DNA of 64,000 bases from Deltaproteobacteria bacterium (GTDB lineage Bacteria; Desulfobacterota; Binatia; Binatales; Binataceae). Positions 58,516 through 64,000 of the stretch are shown here, one piece after another. The stretch is taken from the NCBI GenBank assembly GCA_021831785.1, contig JAKBMB010000028.1, positions 162,620-226,619 on the forward strand. The letters run 5' to 3'. Position 1 is the first letter of the stretch, and each line of letters begins with the position of its first letter. A model generated the notes under the pieces. The model searched no databases. It was not told the origin of the DNA and was given only the letters and a program-made list of their open reading frames with translations. The position numbers and the translations under genes are program-made.

Positions 58516-59454
58516 TTGGAGAGGACTCAGATGACGGACAAGGTCAAGGAGATTCTTAGTTGGTATGAGGGAGCCAATCCCGGCGTTCTAAGCCAACTGG
58601 CACGCATACTTAATCACGGCCGGCTCGGGGGAACAGGTAAGTTTCTTATACTTCCGGTCGACCAGGGTTTCGAGCACGGACCGGCGCGCAGCTTTGCTCC
58701 AAATCCGCCGGCCTACGACCCGAATTACCATTTTCGACTGGCGATTGACGCCGGATGCAACGCTTACGCCGCGCCGCTGGGGTTTCTCGAGGCCGGCGCG
58801 GCGCGATTCGCGGGCGAAGTTCCGCTGATCCTCAAGCTAAACAATCACGACCTGTTGATGGACGAGCGCGACCCGATTCCGGCCGTAACCGCGAGCGTCA
58901 AGGACGCGCTGCGGCTGGGATGCGCGGCGGTCGGGTTCACGATCTTTCCGGGTTCCGCGATGCGGCGCGAGATGTACCAGGCGCTGCGCGAAATCGCGGA
59001 GCAGGCAAAAGAGCACGGCCTGGCGGTCGTCGTATGGTCTTATCCGCGGGGTTCGGCGCTGAGCAAAGAGGGCGAGACCGCGCTCGACGTAATTGCCTAC
59101 GCGGCGCAAATAGCGGCGCAACTCGGCGCGCATATCATCAAGGTCAAGCTGCCGACCTCCCACCTCGAGCAGCCCGAGGCGCGCAAGGTCTATCAGGCGC
59201 AGAACGTACCGCTCGAGCCGCTGTCCGCGCGCGTACGCCACGTGGTGCAGAGCGCCTTCGACGGGCGGCGAATCGTGATTTTTTCGGGCGGCCCCAAGGA
59301 CAGCGACGCGGCTCTGCTCGACGAAGTGCGTGCCATCGCCGAGGGCGGCGGCTTCGGTTCCATAATCGGCCGCAACTCCTTCCAGCGGCCGCGTGGAGAA
59401 GCGCTCGCGCTGCTGGCGAAGATCGCCGACATCTACATGAGCCACCGGTCCTGA
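58516..59454 (+). CDS. class I fructose-bisphosphate aldolase family (DhnA/FbaB-type, DeoC/LacD superfamily)
   Basis: ILPVDQGFEHGP and IKVKLPT (Schiff-base Lys context) resemble FbaB-type aldolases. Confidence 0.6.
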   Translation: MERTQMTDKVKEILSWYEGANPGVLSQLARILNHGRLGGTGKFLILPVDQGFEHGPARSFAPNPPAYDPNYHFRLAIDAGCNAYAAPLGFLEAGAARFAGEVPLILKLNNHDLLMDERDPIPAVTASVKDALRLGCAAVGFTIFPGSAMRREMYQALREIAEQAKEHGLAVVVWSYPRGSALSKEGETALDVIAYAAQIAAQLGAHIIKVKLPTSHLEQPEARKVYQAQNVPLEPLSARVRHVVQSAFDGRRIVIFSGGPKDSDAALLDEVRAIAEGGGFGSIIGRNSFQRPRGEALALLAKIADIYMSHRS

Positions 59455-59792
59455 TTCAGCCCCGGACATCGGCCCGCGCTTATTGAGGATTGCAAAACAT
59501 TGAGACCGCGCGCGCTCATGGCTTTGCGCGGCGCTGGGGGCTGCACGATACAAGCTCGAATGCCAAAGAAACGCGGAACGCAGCCGCCCCTCTTTACGGC
59601 TCAAAGTCACCTCAGCATTGACAGCGCGTAACCGCCGTGACAAAAACTACGCTTAGCCCGCGATAGACGGCAAAGGGCACTCAAGGTTGGGGGCGAGCCG
59701 TTTGCTGCCTTTCGCAGCATGAGGCCCGGCCTGTGCTTGCCGGGCAGGTCGAAGGACGCTCGCGACGGCGCTTATCAGCGGAGTAACCAGAC

Positions 59793-61271
59793 ATGTCTCG
59801 AGGGGTGGCAATGAGACGACCGACGACGGCCCTGAATCGCACCGCCTTTGTGGTCCTAGCTTCACTCGCTGCGTTGGGCACGCTCTATCTTGGCGCGAGG
59901 CGGGCTTTCGCCCAGAACAACGCTCAGCCGGTCACGCTTACCATCCTGGGAATCTCGGGCTGGACGCCGAGCGAGCTGGCCGGCAAGATGGCGCCTGAGT
60001 TTCAGGATTACGCTAAGCAGACCGGCGGCCTTAGTGTTCGCATAAAGTTCGAGGGAGCGCCTTTCTCCGCGCTGGAGCAAAAGGCGGCGACTTCTTTGGC
60101 TGCGCACTCCAAGGAATACGATATCATCATCAGCGATAGCCAGTGGCTGGGGGCCCTTTCCACTCCGGGATGGATCGTGAAGCTCAACGATATTATCCAG
60201 CGCGAACCGCTGCTCAAAAGGGCGGAGGGCAGCTTTAACACGATTACGCGGTGGGCCTACCAGACCTATCCTTACGGCAGCGATAACCTGTGGGGGTTGC
60301 CCCAAGAGGGCGATGTGCTGGCTTTGTATGTGAGGAACGATCTTGCGCGGGACGCCAAAAACCAGGCTGCTTTCAAGGATAAGTACGGCTGGAAGCTTCC
60401 CACGAGCTTCGAGGAATGGGAGCAGGTCACATGGCCCAAGTTCGAGCAGATTATGGGCTTTTTCAACCGCCCCGATCAGGGCCTTTACGGCTTTGCCGGC
60501 GAGTACTCGAAGACTTACGATTTTATCTCCGACCACGTGATGTCGATGATGTGGATGTGGGGCGGCGAAATTTGGGACTCTAACGCGCACCAGGTCTACG
60601 GGATACTCAATAGCCCGCAGAACAACGCCGCGCTCGAATACTACATCGCGCTGCTCAAGTATCAGCCCCCCGGAGCGAACACGTTCGACATCAACGGCGT
60701 TATTCAGTCGCTAACCCAAGGCAAGGCGTTTTCGGGTCTGACGTGGGCGGCGGTCGGCCCAGCCATACTCACGCCTGAGATGAAGGATAAAATCATCGTG
60801 GTGCCGCCGCCCGGCCGGATAGTCAATGGTAAGATGGTGCGCATCTATTGCGTGGGCGGCCAGCCATGGGTCGTCAACAAGTTCATCGATCGCCAGCATA
60901 TGCGCGCGGCGCTTGAGTTTCTCAAGTGGTGGTACTTGCCTGAGACGCAGATGCGCTTTGCGCGGCTGGGCGGAAATCCTGTTGCTCAGTATGTGCTGGA
61001 CCGACCGGGTTTTGAGCAAATCCAGCCGTGGTATCGCGAATATCGTTACATGCTGGTGACTGAGCGGGCACGCGACTTTTGGCACAATCCGACGTACGCT
61101 TCCCTGCTGGAGGTCCAACAGGAGGCGTGGACCGCGTATGCTACCGGCGTGGTGAACAGCGCCAAAGTGGCCAATGATTATGCCGCCTGCGGCCAGCAGA
61201 AGATTCTTTACGATGCCGGCTTTGCACGTCAGGCGCCGCCCAGTTCCTGCGAGGAAGTCCGCCTGCGCTAA
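59793..61271 (+). CDS. ABC transporter substrate-binding protein (carbohydrate, SBP family 1)
   Basis: Signal peptide; 492 aa; followed by two MalF/MalG-like permeases and an ATPase. Confidence 0.8.
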   Translation: MSRGVAMRRPTTALNRTAFVVLASLAALGTLYLGARRAFAQNNAQPVTLTILGISGWTPSELAGKMAPEFQDYAKQTGGLSVRIKFEGAPFSALEQKAATSLAAHSKEYDIIISDSQWLGALSTPGWIVKLNDIIQREPLLKRAEGSFNTITRWAYQTYPYGSDNLWGLPQEGDVLALYVRNDLARDAKNQAAFKDKYGWKLPTSFEEWEQVTWPKFEQIMGFFNRPDQGLYGFAGEYSKTYDFISDHVMSMMWMWGGEIWDSNAHQVYGILNSPQNNAALEYYIALLKYQPPGANTFDINGVIQSLTQGKAFSGLTWAAVGPAILTPEMKDKIIVVPPPGRIVNGKMVRIYCVGGQPWVVNKFIDRQHMRAALEFLKWWYLPETQMRFARLGGNPVAQYVLDRPGFEQIQPWYREYRYMLVTERARDFWHNPTYASLLEVQQEAWTAYATGVVNSAKVANDYAACGQQKILYDAGFARQAPPSSCEEVRLR

Positions 61272-61294
61272 AGTAACTAGAGTAAACCGGGGCG

Positions 61295-62275
61295 ATGATT
61301 TCGCTGCGACGCCGCCACCAAGCGTCACAACCGGGCAAGACGCCGGTCCCGCTCGATCGGCATCGGGCGCCGGCGCGGAGCGGCCGCTCGATGCCGCAGC
61401 CGCTGTTCACCTGGCTTCTTATCGCGCCCTCGCTTGCGCTCTTCGCGGTCTTCAACATTCTGCCTCTGCTGTGGCTGGTGGGGCTTAGTTTCTTCCGTTA
61501 CAACCTTACCTTCGGGCCGCCGCCACAGTTTGCGGGGCTCAAGAACTATACCGACTTGATGAACGACCGCTTCTTGTGGGGCCGTTTGGGGCTGACGCTG
61601 CTGTTTGTGTTGCTCGCAGTGGGGATTGAAACGGTCCTCGGAGCCTTGCTCGGCTACGCTTTTTGGAAAAAGCGCGACCTGCCCGGGCGCCGGCTCGCGC
61701 TTACGCTCCTGTTCGTGCCGATGGTTCTGGCGCCAGTTGCGGTCGGCACCTTTTTTAAGATCATCTATGACCCGATGTATGGGGTGCTACCCTATTACGC
61801 CGCTCGTCTGTTGCGCATCAAGCCGCCCGACTTGCTGGGCAGTGGCAATCTCGCCTTCCCGGCAGTGCTGGCCGTGGATGTCTGGATGTGGACGCCGTTT
61901 CTTATCATGATGACGGTGGCAGCCCTAGGGGCAGTGCCCAAGGCTTTGCTCGAAAGCGCCGAGGTGGACCGCCTCACAGCCTGGCAGCGGATGCGCTACG
62001 TGGTCTGGCCTCACGCGAAGTTCGTTCTGATGCTTGGAGTGGTGCTGCGCACGATCGATGCCTTCAAGACTTTCGACCTCGTTTCGGCCATGACCGCCGG
62101 TGGGCCGGGGAATCAAACCCAGCTTGTTTCGCTGACCATTTTCCGCGAGGCGTTCAACGACTTCGCGATCGGCAAGGCGTCCGCGTTGTCGCTGCTGGTG
62201 TTATTTATTGCGGTCTCACTGGCCAGCATTTATCTTTTCGTGCTCAACTATGGTGTGCTGCGAGAGGGGAAGTAA
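61295..62275 (+). CDS. ABC transporter permease (MalF/UgpA-like)
   Basis: 6 TMS; EAA-like loop; start possibly M33 (61391). Confidence 0.8.
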   Translation: MISLRRRHQASQPGKTPVPLDRHRAPARSGRSMPQPLFTWLLIAPSLALFAVFNILPLLWLVGLSFFRYNLTFGPPPQFAGLKNYTDLMNDRFLWGRLGLTLLFVLLAVGIETVLGALLGYAFWKKRDLPGRRLALTLLFVPMVLAPVAVGTFFKIIYDPMYGVLPYYAARLLRIKPPDLLGSGNLAFPAVLAVDVWMWTPFLIMMTVAALGAVPKALLESAEVDRLTAWQRMRYVVWPHAKFVLMLGVVLRTIDAFKTFDLVSAMTAGGPGNQTQLVSLTIFREAFNDFAIGKASALSLLVLFIAVSLASIYLFVLNYGVLREGK

Positions 62276-62278
62276 GCG

Positions 62279-63121
62279 ATGATCGGTCGGCGCCGAATCG
62301 CAAGCGCGCTCGCAAGTCTGGGCCTGTGGGCCGTGTGCGCGGCTTTTTTCATGCCGGTGTTCTGGATTTTCCTCGCCGCCTTTAAGACGCGGGCGCAAAT
62401 CCTCACGATTCCTCCGATCTGGGTGTTTCACCCCTCGCTCGAGGGGCTTCGCTTCATGGTCGAGCGGCAGGCGGGCGCCTTTTGGCAGTACCTGCTGAAC
62501 AGCGTGATGATTTCGGCCTTGGCCGTGACGATCGCGGTGTTTGTGGCCTATCTGGCTGCCTTCAGCCTCTCGCGCTTCAAACCTGCGGCTACGGACTTCA
62601 TGATGTTTCTGTTGCTGTCGATTCGGATGGTGCCGGGGGCGGCTGTCGTGCTGCCGCTATTCATGATGTACCGTTCGCTAGGATGGATAGGCAGTCGCTG
62701 GGCGATTGTGCTGTTTTACGCCATGTTTAGCCTGCCATTTTCTCTGTGGATACTGAAAGGCTTTTTGGACGGCGTCTCGCGGCGCTTCGACGAGGCGGCG
62801 ATGGTCGACGGCGCCTCCCGGTTTCACGTAATGTTTCGCGTCGTGCTGCCTCAGGTCAAGCCGGGTGTAGTGGCGGCTCTTATTTTCAACATGATTTTCG
62901 TCTGGAATGAATTTCTGTTCGACTTCATCCTTGGCGGTGAGCGCGTGGCGACGATTCCGGTCGCACTTGCCGCCGGCCTTTACACCTCGCAAGGGACGGA
63001 TTGGCAGTATATTGCCTCGCTCACTCTGGTTTACACTGCGCCGCTAATGGTCGCGATATTCTTCGTTCAACGCCACCTGCTGCTGGGGATGACCTTCGGC
63101 ACCGTGCGCGGCGAGGTTTAA
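62279..63121 (+). CDS. ABC transporter permease (MalG/UgpE-like)
   Basis: 6 TMS; EAA motif region DEAAMVDGAS. Confidence 0.8.
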   Translation: MIGRRRIASALASLGLWAVCAAFFMPVFWIFLAAFKTRAQILTIPPIWVFHPSLEGLRFMVERQAGAFWQYLLNSVMISALAVTIAVFVAYLAAFSLSRFKPAATDFMMFLLLSIRMVPGAAVVLPLFMMYRSLGWIGSRWAIVLFYAMFSLPFSLWILKGFLDGVSRRFDEAAMVDGASRFHVMFRVVLPQVKPGVVAALIFNMIFVWNEFLFDFILGGERVATIPVALAAGLYTSQGTDWQYIASLTLVYTAPLMVAIFFVQRHLLLGMTFGTVRGEV

Positions 63122-63128
63122 CGACGTC

Positions 63129-63416
63129 ATGAGTAACCGCAGGCTGCTAGGCTTGCGTCTCGAGGAGCTGGCGGTCGGCGCTCTGCTGCTGACGCTTCTA
63201 CTGATTGGCCAACAGTGGTCGTTTGCGCTCTACCGGCTGGGCTTCGTGATGCTCTGGCTCGTCGTCCTAGCGCAGATCGTGATCAGCAACGCCGGGCCGG
63301 GAGCGGCGTGGAAGCAGCTCTTAGCGATGGCGGCGGTCGTGACCGCCACGCTGGGGATATTGGTCGCGGCAGGCATCGCGGCCGCCCCGTTGCTGATCAG
63401 TCTGGGACAGGGCTAG
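63129..63416 (+). CDS. small membrane protein of unknown function
   Basis: 95 aa; three hydrophobic segments; embedded in the transporter operon. Confidence 0.4.
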   Translation: MSNRRLLGLRLEELAVGALLLTLLLIGQQWSFALYRLGFVMLWLVVLAQIVISNAGPGAAWKQLLAMAAVVTATLGILVAAGIAAAPLLISLGQG

Positions 63417-63513
63417 CTTGCCAAGTTCGAAATTTGCGGCGTGATCGGCGGCGAGCGCGTTTTTGCTCCTTAGGGGGCATTTCGTCGCATGGGGCTTCCT
63501 GAGGAATCCGAAA

Positions 63514-64000
63514 ATGCTCGAGCTTAAGGGCCTGACCCGGCGTTTTGGCGCCCGTGCGGCACTTGAGGCGGTCAACCTCGCGATCGCCGAGCCGCGGTTT
63601 AACGTGGTCTTCGGCGGCCCGGGCAGCGGCAAATCGCTACTCTTGCGCTTGATCGCGGGACTGGAACGGCCCGACGAAGGGGCCGTGTGGCTCCATGGCA
63701 GCGATGTAACGTCAACCGCTCCGCAGGCGCGCCGCCTTGCCTACGTCCCGCAGAGCTTCGCTCTTTATCCCCATCTGAAGGTCTTCGAAAATATCGCTCA
63801 TCCCCTGCGCTTAGCCGGCTCACCAGCCGCCGAAATCAAACAGGCAGTCGCGCGAGTTGCCTCGACCCTTCAAATCTCGAGCGTGCTCGGCCATTACCCG
63901 GACCAGATAAGCGGCGGCCAACGCCAGCGTGTGGCTATCGCGCGCGGCCTTGTACGTCAGGCCGATATCTACCTGCTTGACGATCCCCTGGCCGGGCTTG
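63514..64000 (+). CDS. ABC transporter ATP-binding protein (MalK/UgpC-like), 3'-truncated by the window edge
   Basis: Read directly: MLELKGLTRRFG...GGPGSGKS (Walker A)...LSGGQRQRVAIAR (signature)...LLDDPL (Walker B); not in the ORF track because it has no stop. Confidence 0.8.
   Translation, partial: MLELKGLTRRFGARAALEAVNLAIAEPRFNVVFGGPGSGKSLLLRLIAGLERPDEGAVWLHGSDVTSTAPQARRLAYVPQSFALYPHLKVFENIAHPLRLAGSPAAEIKQAVARVASTLQISSVLGHYPDQISGGQRQRVAIARGLVRQADIYLLDDPLAGL

Overview
High-GC (~65-70%) bacterial chromosomal segment. It is gene-dense with long antisense shadow ORFs, and has a Sec-decoding apparatus, sigma54 and a Tat system. Core content: rluD-leuDC; a haem operon (hemD/E fusion - hemH - hemY) interrupted by a 1.7-kb repeat-bounded islet; archease-rtcB; MFS transporters; CocE/NonD hydrolase; ceramidase-like hydrolase; tatA; a sigma54 two-component pair; an arsenic operon (arsR-arsM-usp-acr3); pgsA-tRNA-Gly; dapA-like; ltaE; orphan cbbQ/norQ; cysS; selB-selD; PQQ-propeller lipoprotein; FbaB-type aldolase; a sugar ABC transporter. 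SelD is a selenoprotein whose in-frame TGA caused the ORF caller to truncate it. Accessory, lower-GC content: a DUF433/DUF5615 toxin-antitoxin-like pair plus an unknown 201-aa protein; a beta-class DNA methyltransferase island with frame-broken neighbours; an IMPase-family pseudogene beside tRNA-Gly; an MBL-hydrolase unit. The most system-like novelty is a co-directional 10-kb cassette (48.4-58.5 kb): vWA protein, Zn-ribbon/FHA protein, two Hanks kinases, a Zn-ribbon/degenerate-kinase/PP2C fusion, a membrane FHA protein and a lipoprotein. It resembles the TerY-P phosphorylation triad but is expanded. Two related families of MITE/REP-like palindromic elements (5 copies) punctuate the window; one family shows an inverted internal segment between copies.
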